53,909 bases of DNA from Raillietiella orientalis (taxonomy: Eukaryota), in NCBI GenBank assembly GCA_036172245.1, contig JAYWIR010000161.1, positions 1 to 53,909 of the forward strand, given 5' to 3'. Made by a program: the position numbers and the translations under genes. The notes below the pieces were generated by a model. The model saw only the letters and a list, made by a program, of their open reading frames with translations. It was not told where the DNA came from and made no database searches. Below, piece by piece: positions 36,228 through 48,065 of this stretch; position 1 is the first letter of the stretch, and every line of letters starts with the position of its first letter.

Positions 36228-38200
36228 ATGCCACCTGGGTGCTCCGGGACGTTTATTGAAAAAACTTTTTATTCGTCATTACAGTACGTGGTACAAGGGC
36301 CCACTAACGGATACTTAATGAAGGACCTGCAGGGACACCGGGATGCAGCCCGGAGTGACTCTCCTCGGCAGTGGAAGGGGATGGGGGGAAAAACAAAAAG
36401 AAAAACAAATCAGTAAAAGAAAAACAGTTTTTGGAGGGAAGAGAGGGGATCACAGTCCACTGGGAAGAGAATCCATCCTTAGTAGGATACCCTCGAGGTC
36501 CTCCTTCAATCTTCCCAGCTGGGGCCATCCAATAGCTCTCCGCAGGAAGCGAACAGCATATGGGATGACGTCTATTACGGTGGAATCTTCATCTACGTCA
36601 TCACTCCAGACCGCCACGATACCACGAATGCAGCAAAGTGCTGCCAGGGCTGCGGTTGGACTGAGGGCGTCCCGCACGAAGAGAAGATTGTACACGCCTC
36701 TGGGGTTGCCACTATCCGGTATCCCAAGGGCTTTTCTAAGACATTCTTAAAAAAATCCGGACGGTAGGGCAATCAACTAAGAGGTGGGGGAGCGATTACC
36801 TCCCCCCACACCTAGCACACGCAAAATTTACACTTCCCCGCGTCCAGTGGAAGCGGCGCGCGTTGCACGGTAGACCCCAATGCAGCCACAGAAGCGCCGA
36901 CTCTTGCCACTTCAGGGGAAGAATCCTGGAACAAATTAAAACCGGGGGCCACTTCAGGTCATCCGACCGGATGCCGAGCAGCTCGCCTTATTTTCTTAAT
37001 CCACGCGGCTGGACACTAGGCGTCGTAGCATCTGTCAGCTCTCCCATGGTCCAGCCGCCCATCGTCTTTCTGCCTGCGATCCGGCAGGAGACTTGTCACC
37101 TCGGCTTCCGGCTGTTGTAAAGCGCCCTACGGAGGAAGGGCATCGCCGTAGCAAGGGGTGTCCCTTCTGCCCACGTGCAACTCGCTGGAAATTCAAGAAT
37201 TTCACGCAGAGTGCTGCGGGCGTAGAAGACGACTCGCAGGCAGTTCCACGTCTCGTGTTTCCTCTCATGTATCTTCGCCGGAGCAGGTCGCATCCTCGCA
37301 TCTTCCGGCCGGAGCACAGAAGATAAGACGCTAGTCCTTGCGTCCTGGAGACACGGCTGGGACAAGTTCCTGGAGAAGGCGAGCCGGTACGCACCAAGGG
37401 GTGCTCCACAACTTCGCTGCGATGGCCAAGGTGCGCCATCGCAGCTGGATTACCAAGAGATCCAGCATCAGGAGAACAAAACCACCGTCCCGACGCGGAG
37501 CGCATAAGTCCTTCAGAGGCACTTTAGGCCTCTTCTTGCCACAGAGGGCTATACGGAGTAGGTCCTTTGTCCTCTTCTTCAACTGGGGGGCAACGGGGCA
37601 AACAAAAAGTAGGGGGCGAAGGATGGGAGCCGCGGATGCGTTTCATACCGCGGCCCGTTCCGGCAAGAGGAACTTGCCCTCCAGCAACGGGCCGACCGCC
37701 GACTCCACTTATTGGAGACGACCTGATTAGGCTTCCGACGTGCAGAAGTCCCCCAACGGCACGCCAAGGTATTTCAGGTACGTGGCCGCGGGGATCCCCA
37801 AGCGGATCCACTCAGGACGTCCAGCCCACGTCGCACCAACCGCCACCACCGACGACTTTGCCTTGTTCACCCTTCTTCCCGTCCCGCGGCTTAGCAGATC
37901 GAAGAAATCCTCGACTGCGGCTGCCAGGGTTGACATGGGTAATAACAGCAGAAGATCGTCAGCGTACGCTGCCACGGCAGGCGAGCCGGGGCACGAGCTC
38001 GGCAAGGGGGCCAAAGTCGCACTATACGCTCTCAGCACCAACTCGAAGTAGATGCTAAAGAGCAGGGGACTGAGGCTGTCGCCCTGCCGTATCCTACGCC
38101 GCACCAACACGCCGAAGGAAACGTTGATGAGCGCGTCGCACCAGCTGGAGCGCAGAAACTGATAATGAGGCCGGGAAGCCCAAGAGTTCCAGGAGTTCCA
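36228..38200 (-). mobile_element. 5'-truncated LINE (RT core to 3' terminus); last element of the array
   Basis: ORF 37727..38110 (IRQGDSLSPLLF, AYADD, KYLG); ORF 36450..36695; terminal motif at 36228-36257. Confidence 0.9.
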
Positions 38201-40249
38201 GAATTTTTTTCAATATTTTTTAGTGCACAACCACCACTGAGATTTTTCTTTATTCGGGTATAGCAAGTTATCGTTTGGGTTCCGCCATTCAAAATTTCGA
38301 GTCGTGTTTCAAATTGGCCCGGCCGGCAGTCTGTTTTGAGGCAAACACTGTTATCGCTTGTGATTCCTTCAGTCTGTGACTGAAGTGTTTCCAACAAGCG
38401 TAGTGGTAATTAGGAAAAAAGACTATGTTTCAGCACTCCAGACAATTGAAACAGGGTTTGTGGAAGAACAGGTTGTAAATTCCATAGAAATGTCGCTCAA
38501 AGTGGACAGTCCATTTTGAGTCCAGCGCAACCATTTTTCGTGAGCAAGTCGTGATGAACCCGTGCAGCGTAAAGGCAACGCGAATGCAAACAGTTGGAGT
38601 GCAGACGACAGCGCAACGTCCCCATTTCAAATGGATGGGATAGACACGAAAGAAAGGGGTGGTGTCCCACGCATGAGGCAAGATTAGAGGTGCCAGGAAT
38701 AGATCCATTTCTTTACAGACGTTTGATTCTTGTGTTGAGCTTGCATTCCAGTTTCACGAACCCTTGAAAGCTTGCGGGAAGAATGTTGGTAAACGCTTGC
38801 CCTAATTTACGACCAAATGCAGATGGATGGGTCACGCCAGTCGGTCTTCATAAAAATGGCTGATTACGGGACGTCTTTGCAGTGGCATCCGCGGGAGCAG
38901 CAAGGTCGAGTTCAGCAACATTCGAATCGAAATCGACAGTTCGAATCATGAGGAGAGCGGTCGTAACACCTCCTCTCCGACGACTTCGGTCTGCAATGGC
39001 TCACCGCTAGACAGAATCCGATTGACCACGTTCTGTATGGCGAAGACGAGCATCCAGAAGTACCAGGACATTCAAGCCCTACTCTCGGATCAGCCTCTCT
39101 TGCAGTTCACCTTGATGATGGAAAACAGCTTCAGGGCTGCGCTGCTCTGCACGCCCGAGCGATTGGTGATCGTTTCGATTTGCCGATACGTTTGTCGGTC
39201 ACCAGAAGCTGATGGAGTTGACATTGCAGGACGCCGACATCCGCAGGGTCGACGAATGGCATCGGTTGAAACGCACGATCCACCTATTTCCGAATGTCTT
39301 TAAACACTCTCTAGCTTGAAATTAGGTATCTGCATAAACCATGCGTCCACCGATACCTCTGTTAATTTTCACCATCTTCCAAGTTTATATCAGCCTTCAG
39401 TTAACTTTGCTTAAGGAGCGAAAAGCAATGGTCTATGCTTTCTGCTGATACTTCAGGTGTCTCCGTTCCCAAATCATCTTCTAACGCCTCTCTTCAGTAT
39501 TTGATTCCCTGTTTGGTCGCTGCTCATTAGCTCGTTCTCCTTGCAAGCATTAAATCCTGAGGGGTCACTCATACTTTCCCCTAGCAGGGTCAGGTAATAT
39601 ATTGTGCACAATATGGGTCAAACGATTTGCACAACAATATTTTGGCTAATCTGAAAGGCTGATTTTCTGCGGTAGGTCGAGATGTTTACTTAAACTTTCC
39701 TTCAACTAATAAAGATGTCTATTAGAATGGATTTGCAATCGTGCCACAGAGCACTAAATAGCACATGTACCTAAAATGTATAGTTTTTATTCTTCCATAC
39801 CCAACTGAAGTTCATAAACCTTGCTAATATTCTTGGAATTGCCAAGTGAATTTTTCTTATTTGCTTTTCTCTTAAGCGTCCGTGCATTGAGTCAAAGTTT
39901 AACATAGAAAATGATTTACTTCATGATAGAAATAGTTTTTAAAGTTGGGAACTATTCTTACCGCAGTTGGAAATTCATGCGACTAAAATCCTTCACATAA
40001 AGTGGCTGTAGAATGCAAATTCTGCAACACCATTTTCCTTGAACTATGCAACTGTAGTAGGTGACCGAAGTGTGGAAAACAAACCTTCACAGATGCCTAA
40101 GAGATTTAGCTTGGTTTGAGAATTGCCACTTTAATCTTTGATAACTTCTGAACAAGCCATTCAGAATATATGTTGCATACATATGAAATCCTGCACATGG
40201 TCAGCAAACTATTATGCATCTGCATGTGCTGCAGCAGTTCCCAAACACA

Positions 40250-40870
40250 AGAGAAAGCATGCATCACCCATTCTTACACCAAGCATTTGGAAGTTGTATC
40301 AATGAAAAACATGTTCCAGCAGAGACTTACAATTCTGCAATCGAATATCCAGGTTTTGGAGTATGTGCAGCCTCCCACAAACCGAGCTTGCAAAACTGGG
40401 CTTTAGGAACTCAGAAGACATGGAATGCTTCTTTGGAAAACACATCACGTCTCAAACACTGAGAGCTTCGTGTACTCCTTTCAATCCATAGAGTGCAACT
40501 TTACCTGAAGGCCACCACATTTAGGTCGTGGCAACGCCAATTGTGAGAAACTGATTAAGGGGGCAGCATGTGATCTCACACTGCTAGACACCAAACGGGT
40601 ACATGTTCCCAGGAAACCGTCAACTCCTGCTTGGAAACACCAAAGATTGCTCGATTATTACAACTGGATCCCTCCTATGCAGCTGAAAATTGCATACAAT
40701 CCCCATTTTCCGATTCCTGGAGGCGGGAAACATCATAATCTGGCAGCACACTAGGCAACCAATCAACGTAGTGCACCCAAGAGCACTTCCCCATTGCAAA
40801 CGTTGCAGCTGCCTGGATTTTGGAAGAGTGAACAGTAAATGCAACTGTTTTGTTTAGGATAGGTCATCAG
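40250..40870 (-). pseudogene. Possible heavily decayed PPR gene remnant
   Basis: Scattered PPR-like peptides in different frames (LQRLQWGSAL, RAIFGV..TVSW, FCKLGLWEAA, NAWCKNG); weak. Confidence 0.3.
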
Positions 40871-41879
40871 CATACTCAGGACAGCAAAGACGTGCTAATT
40901 CTCAGTGGATTCGAAAAACAAAAGAAAAGTGAGTTGGCGTCGGAGAGAAGCATTCTGCCAAAATAGCATTCAAATGGTTAAGCTGAAAGGCAGGAGTGCA
41001 GAAGTGCAGTTTCCTCTGCAGCATTCATCTTAGGTTTTGTTTCTCGATGCCTCGGACTCGAAAATTCTAAGAGATGATGAAACGGAACTTTTCATGAAAA
41101 CAGTTGCTCAATAACGCGGAGCTGCCGTCGCCCTCCGCGGATGTGAGCAGAGTTTTCGGATCCAAAGGAAAATCCTCATTTAGGAATCTCAAGGTGACGA
41201 TTTCAGAAAAATTCACACAAAAGTTAGCTTGAAAAGAAAATCTGTTGGATACATAGGTTCAGATATTCAAGATGACTTTGAAACATGCTCAAAGTAACAA
41301 CACCATTTAATAACAAGATTTTCAAAAATGTACTCACTCTGATGAGCTGCACGAAGCTTCTTCACTCGAGCTGACTTCTTACACTGAACATCATGCAATT
41401 CAAAAATTGAATTCTGAATTCAAAAAAAGAAAAAGCTGTTTGTCGATGATTGTTTCGCGTACGCTTGAGCACGTGCAGCATTTGAATAGTGAAGGGTAGT
41501 TTGGATTCCGAAATTTTTCGTTTGTCTTCGGAAGGACAGCAATGATATCGATAAGAGGTTACCCGTTTACTGGATAGTCACTATATGTAATGCATGTGAT
41601 GATTTCTTGACTTGGCAATCCTGTTTTCTCCTGTAGCCACTTGAAGGCAGGTGAGTCCATTCAAAAGAGCAAGTGATTCTCCAGTGTTCTGAGATGCACT
41701 GCTCCTGAATGGCTTGGGAAGAAACACAATAGGCATGTGGTGCCACAATTTGGGACAGTAATCAGCACATCATAGCTAAAGCACTTTGGAAAGTTGATTT
41801 GCATCTATTATGCAGTGGATGGGTCTACTTTAGTTCATGGATTTCACACTGGTGACACAGCAAGAAAAAAGAGCATTTC

Positions 41880-42330
41880 TTGCATGTGAAAGGTTTGGAA
41901 CCCTCCAACTGCACAGCATTTAGGAAGCAAAATATTCTCAGTGGTGAGAAACCAATAATAACTCGCAAAGTTATCGGTCTGAACAGAATTGCTGCGATGA
42001 AGAGGAGAGGTTGCTACATGAATGCCAGTTTTTGTGACCAGTGTTCTGGATTCCAAGGAAAGAGAAACGGCAGAAGATGGAAGGCATAGCTCCCAGGGGG
42101 TTCTGTGAACTGGAACACTATGATCTTGGCTATGCTGAAGATGCAGGAGCATCAAAGATGGCCAACATACGTTCAGGCAGGAAAAGGGAGAAGTTTTCAG
42201 GCTAAGGATAGGAATGTTGAAATGATTGGCGATTAGCTGATATCTGAGAAACGATTAGGAATGAACAAAAGCATTGGGCTGGAACTGCAAATAATGCTTT
42301 GATTTCCACTGTACATGTAGCATGTGCTTC
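41880..42330 (+). pseudogene. Decayed PLS-class PPR gene remnant
   Basis: KGLEPSN (~41889); VNWNTMI then, after a frameshift, GYAED (42105-42142); ANNALIS (~42288). Confidence 0.5.
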
Positions 42331-45149
42331 AGGGGTAATAGGAAAGATGTGAGTCTCGGTGTCATCAAGCTCACCCTCAAGAAGAAAGCTAGAATTCTTG
42401 TAGCAAGCTGCGAGTCATTTTAGCAATGTGGAAACAGAAGGTGAGCAGTCTTTCAATGTGGGTAGACAAGTATAGGCCTACCAGCAACCTGGAAATGGTA
42501 GGACAGCAGAGTCTGTTAATAAGCTTCATACATGGCTCCAAAATTGGCAGGAGAATAGGCGGCCTGCCCACAGATCTCTCCATGCATGCAAGCAGGTCTT
42601 AAGGTGGTTTTGTTGCAATTCCATTCAAAAGTTTTTAGGTGTAGTTGCAAAATAGTGCTGATGCAGCATACTTCAAAGCAATCACACATCCTAGCCCTCT
42701 ATGCATAGGTTAATCAATCTTTCACCTGGCCAAGTATCATGTCCTGATTAGGGCAAGCACTGCTACACTGACTGAATGTTACAAATGCAAGGTTAAAGCA
42801 TCCTTCGCAAGCAGAGGAAGCACCTATTCTTAGACATCAGATTTTACTGTTGCAGTCCAAAGAAAAAAGTTATTTTGTTATGATCATGGATGAACTGAGT
42901 AAGTTGGAAAAGTAAGTTTCTTTGCTCTTATGGGCCCATTTAGCAGCACAGAGTGCTTGCAGACCGAAATGTTTGCTGGAAAACAATCAGCAGGAAAGAA
43001 GAATCAGGGAAGAAAAAAACTCAAGCATTGAAGGAAACGGCACTCTTTTGTAATCGTTTCCTGGCTTTGTGTTTCTACGTGCTGCAGAAGAGGAAATGCT
43101 TCCTTGTTGCATGGAATCCCTTGTTTCCCAGCATCCCAAGAAAGGGGGTGCCTCTTATGCAGGGAAGAATCGTTCAGGAGAACGGAGGGAGGAGTGCAAA
43201 TCACTGCACAGTTGGGTCCTTAGCATTCCTTGCAGTATGCTGGCGAGGTCCTCTGCATGACATTCCAAGTGGAAGCACCTCGAGCCCACCTGTAAGATCC
43301 CGATGTGGAAATGAGTGACTGCTGCTGTGGAGTCCAAAGCAAGGGGGAAGGTTGCCCGGAGAGGAAGAGAGTGCACTAGAAGGTGCACGAATTATTCGAT
43401 TTTTCAGCATGTGGCGCCGTTTGGTTTGGCACTCTCCTGCATCCTTTATAGCAAGGCTGATGTCCTGGAGGCAACATAGGCAGTTCCAAGGAACAGTCTC
43501 TTTTTGCTAGGATTCCTTCCCTAATTCCTCTACCCGCAGAATGTATGCCCAATTCAATCACGCACGAACTTGTTTCAAACTGATTCCTGGTGTTGAGATA
43601 TTCGTTCCGACGTGCTCGGCTGCTGCTCTCTCTGCACCACTGTTCCATGATTTGAATTTCACATCCATGGAAGCTTCGTGAAATAATCTGCTTGCAGGCC
43701 CTGCCGAGCATGAATTCTTGAAAAGCCAAGCGTGGAATAGGGAGAAGGTTTGGTTTCGTGCTTACGATGGAAAGCAGCCTTTCTGCGTATAAGAGAGCCT
43801 AAAACTCGATTCATTTTCATGTACATGTGCAGTATTTTTTGAAAAAGTACGTCCACTGATAAAACACTTCGCATGATTCCAATTCTTTTTCGTACAATAG
43901 TCGTTACCTAGAAACTAATAGTCATCTATACGCGAACACTTCAATGCTAGACAGTGGATCTTTAGAAGGGAGTGGGCATTGACGAGTCCACTGGGACGCA
44001 CCTTCAGAATCATAAGAAGTGTTCAGAAAACTTTCTGGAAGGTACTCCGTTTCGGATAGCGGAGTATCGAAATGCACCAACGGCCATGATGGAGACATTG
44101 GTTTCAGTCGACGCGACTCCAATGAGCCACGTTTGGGAAATATGATCCATTCCAGGAGTCTGCATGATCCCTAGCCGCGTGGCTGAGCCACACCAAGTAT
44201 GAGAAATGCCAAGTTGTCATTGTGATACTACAAATAAGAAAGATTCCACGATGCCATGGGCATCACTGGAAGAACGACGAATTCGGAAAGACGATTGCTG
44301 AATGTGCAGTGTCGGCTTTGTGGTGGCTTTGAAGATTCTCGTGGGAACAACGGTTGAACAACGCGGCATGCAAGACGAGCCGTTTGTGGCAGGAAAGTGT
44401 GGAAAGCAGAGGCAACAAATCGTAAAACTGACGATAGGAGAACGTGAGAAGCCTCTTGTGCATTCGTAGGAGACCTCAGATTGCACAAGAACACCGACAT
44501 GAGTGGAAGAACCGAGGAATGTCTTCAGTGGAGAAGACGTAGGGAAATCATTGCGAAAGGATCATTGAAGAGTGGTGAAGAGTGGAAAGGTGCAATTTGA
44601 AGGTAAGCTGTTGTTGGCAAAAGACTTGGTGAGATCAAACTCCGCGCTGTCTGTTCCACCTCGAAATGCACATCTTGAAGCGCACGGGAAGAGGCCGAAG
44701 AGCGGGAAGAGCGGTAGAGGGCGGTTGCGCTTTCCGGTGGAAGTGGGCGTAGGGCTGCACGGTTGTGTTTCGGTTTGGAAGAAATGCTGTGGCTCAAAGT
44801 GTGTATGGTGGAATGGTCAGGTGGCAAGGCATGTAGGCATTCGAGGAGCATGTGATCGATGGGAAAAGGAAAATGCTGTTAGCAGTGAGCACTTTACGGT
44901 AAAGGAATTAATTTTTTGCTTTTTTGGAAATTGCTGCAAGAATCGAGAAAAAGAAAAGTGGTGGAACGCTTGTGATTTCTTTTGCAGTGATGGGGAGCAA
45001 AGAAAGGAGTTGAAAGGAGTTCACTTGCAATGCTGCTGTTTTTTTTTTTTCACTCATGAGAAATCGAGAATCGTCAAGAAGCAATGGAAGTTCGACCTAC
45101 TAGAGTTTTGAGAACTGCATTTGTCCCGTTTGTTCCTCCTTGCACGTTT

Positions 45150-46600
45150 ACTGTGACGGCGATTGTTCACAGGAATGCTCATGAATGAGAAAAGGGTGTG
45201 TTGATGTTCTGATTCTTGTGGTGTGATGACTTGGGATGTTATGAGTTTTAGCAGGAAAGGTTTTGGAACTGTTGGACTTGCACTGCTGACAAAGTGTTGA
45301 GGTTTGCAACGTTTCTGTTCATGCCATGCTTTTTGACAGCAGGGCCTGCTGAGAGTAGAGTTGACTTTTTCAAATTGTAGGTGCAATCTAAGTTTGTGAG
45401 CACTCAGCTGTGCAGGTGGTTGACAACGTGTTGTTTTGTGAAGTTACCATGCAAATGTAACCTCATGCAGGTATCTCTCCGATATGAGTTATATCATTGA
45501 CAAGAAGTTGATATGCAAAGATACCCGTATGTGAAAGCATCTCACAATAAGTCGTTCCTGGGGATGTTGTTTTCTCTTGGCGGTAAAGTTAGTTACACTA
45601 ATTTCTGTTTGGCAGTACACCAAGGCATTTTGTGAGTGCCCCAGTCAGGTTTAAGGCCGATTGCAGATTGTTTGGATATCTGGTTATAATCACGAGATCA
45701 TCTGCACATGCTAAGACCTTGGAATTGGCAATGTTTTTCATGACGCCCTGTCATAGTGGTTGCATCCCCAAATGAAAAGATCCCAGATAAGGGGTGGGCA
45801 TGTTCGGGAGTGCCAATCACCTGGGTAAGTCCATCCAAGGTTGGGCTTGCACCCATGGTTCGAAAGTGTGTGTGAATGGTATGGATGACATCGTTCAATG
45901 TATCTATGGCTAACTGGCATGTTTGCACATCTTTCGGTTGTTATTGCAAATCGCGGAATTTTCCCTTGAAACTAGTTTGAAATGGAATCTTGCTGTTGAG
46001 TTCTAGAGGAGGAAATTTTGAGATGAGAATCATCACCTGTACATTGCATTGTGATGTAAGGAGATAATCTGCTTGTGGGAAGAGGAGTAGTTCTTGCAGA
46101 AGTGGGAGTTGGTGCAGTTTGTTGACTCGTAGCAAGTGGCATGCTTGCTCTCTGGCGGATGAGGAATGTGAATTTGTGAGTATGTTCTTGGAGAGATCCC
46201 ATTATTTGAGAGATTTGACGAAGGAACTACAGAATGGTACTCTTGTATGTCTAAAGGGCTAAAGAAGATGTCCTGTTTGAGATTTGGTTGCCAAGGTTCT
46301 TACTTGATTTGGTGCTTTTGATTAGCATCTCTCTCATCTGATCCCATCCACAGTCGACTGTGCTCCCAGGATGGAGTGTTTCAGTCTAGGAGTTTCATGT
46401 TGTGGATTCTGGGAATGCTAACCCTTCTCGGATAAGATGCGAGTAACAGGTAATCCTTTGCTCCGAGCTTGTGCAATAAGTTTATCATGTATCTGAACAT
46501 CATTGTTTTATTATGACATCTGCCTGGAAATACCAAAGCTTATGGGGTTCTGCAAGGTGCTTCAGAGTTTATAGTCCTTCATGAAGGCATAGATAAAGGG
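45150..46600 (+). pseudogene. Possible decayed PPR gene remnant
   Basis: RRLFTGM..VMTWDVMSFSRKGFGTVGLALL (45157-45295); LLRACA and AW..LMGFCK near 46460-46557. Confidence 0.35.
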
Positions 46601-47219
46601 ATTCAAACAATTTGTTGCAGAGTTTTTTTACTTCAGATTCTAGAGTTCATTTCATTTTTTTGGCACATGGCAATTTCTTAACCTTAGTTTTTAAAGGAAT
46701 AACGTGTGACCCCATTAAATTTGAAATATGTATTTGTAAAATCAGGTAGAACGTGGTGACAAAAAATTCATGCAAAGTTCAGTGCAACGCAAAATATTTG
46801 TGTATTTTCATGAGACAGTAGTGAATGGTTAATATTTTGAGGTCAGTAGAATGGTTATTTTCCTGGTTTTCCATTTTATGGTCCCCAAAATGTTTCAGTG
46901 CATTTTCATAAAGTAAAATATGGGAAAGAAATAAAATACCAAGCCAATTTAGATTGAATTCTTCGAAGATTTGGGAAAGTGCGAGATTCTCTTATTGTGG
47001 AGAGTTTGTTCTTTCTGGAATAGGAAGGCCCTGCAAAGTGGAAAGTAGGGTTATGGATAGTATTTAAACAGCAAATACAAATAGATAAGAGGAAAACACA
47101 ATAAGGTTAACACAATGGGAAACTGAATTGCTTATTTGACTCTACAGACTGGGCACTAATGTGTACTGTGATGAAATGTGAAAAAGAGTGGTGATGTTTT
47201 GTGATTTACTTTTGTCATT

Positions 47220-47890
47220 CTAGTATTCATCTTGAGGTAATCTAAAATGCAGCGAGTTTATTATTATGAAAACTGACTGCAATGTTTTGTAGATGTCAAA
47301 GCAAAGAAAGTTCTTGGAAATTCTAATATGGAATTTCTGATATGGAGACTGCCTTTTCAGAGGCTCGGCTGCAGGCTGTATCTCCTCATGCTGCCTCAGT
47401 CTCACGGCCCTTGGAAGCCTACGTTCAAATTTTCTGATAGCCTCGTATAGTTTCGATCTAATGTCCGCTACACGATCTGTTCCTAGTGTTGGGGTTATCA
47501 TTTCAATGGGTTTTAGCGAAAGTTCTTTCGGCACCTTCGAGCAAAAGGCCTCCCACTCGGGTGAGAAGTCCTCTTTCGACTCGATGGCCTGTTGAGACAT
47601 ATAAGGTGAGAGGCATAGTGCTGATTTAGGGTACACGTTGAGCATGAAGGATCCGAGTCGTCCTAGGGTTGAATCGGCTTCGGAATCATTGAAATTTGTA
47701 CGAGCCTGGCCAGTCAAGTATCTGGCTCCTCTGTGGTAAAATTTTGCATTAAGCATAATGCCTGCTTACGCCTCTCCCAAGAAGGCGTTAAATTTTCCTT
47801 GTTGAAATTGATAAGAGTAGTAACGGAGTTTTCCAGACTTGCATCTTTCAGTTTGGGCGTTTCTGCTGTGGTATTCGTTTGGAGTGGAAT
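47220..47890 (-). pseudogene. Probable C-terminal part of the Rep gene (highly derived, possibly SF3-helicase-derived)
   Basis: ORF 47220..47756 (178 aa) extends upstream past one TAA and is in the same frame as the Rep ATG at 48836; only faint similarity to the Rep helicase region. Confidence 0.45.
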
Positions 47891-48065
47891 GTCATGCATT
47901 GAAGTGTACTGTGATATTGTTGCATGAAAAAATTCCAACATGCAACTATTTACTCATTGCTGATAGTTGTTTAAATTATTCTCATGGCAATTATGATGAT
48001 AGAAAGTCTGCAGTTATTCAATGTTTGAAGCTAAATCAAATTCTTTGGATCTTTAACATGATGTG

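Larger units (their letters stand above)
1..38200. mobile_element. Contiguous nested array of L1/Tx1-type non-LTR retrotransposon fragments
   Basis: Recurrent RT motifs (WRPIT, PEQTYAVPGRS, DLxKAFDCV, RGIRQGDSLSPLLF, AYADD, YLG), APE endonuclease motifs (SWNVNG, LQE, GD(F/L)N, IDH, SDH), C-terminal CxxC..HL..DC and ORF1 CCHC knuckles tile the interval on both strands; all copies carry stops or frameshifts. Confidence 0.95.

Noticed and set aside
1..38200. Bacterial retron, group II intron or diversity-generating retroelement
   Set aside because: The RTs come with an APE endonuclease, a gag-like ORF1 and AATAAA termini, which marks them as eukaryotic LINEs; no template/variable repeat pair is present.
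1..38200. Telomeric retrotransposon array (HeT-A/TART or TRAS/SART type)
   Set aside because: Orientations are mixed rather than head-to-tail, and no telomeric repeats were seen.
42950..44900. Short ORFs as host genes or a viral capsid gene
   Set aside because: No recognisable domain, no Arg-rich capsid N-terminus and no coherent exon structure.
47220..47230. TAGTATTCA as a second origin, or CTAG as a Helitron 3' end
   Set aside because: The nonamer is imperfect, with no flanking stem and no subterminal hairpin.
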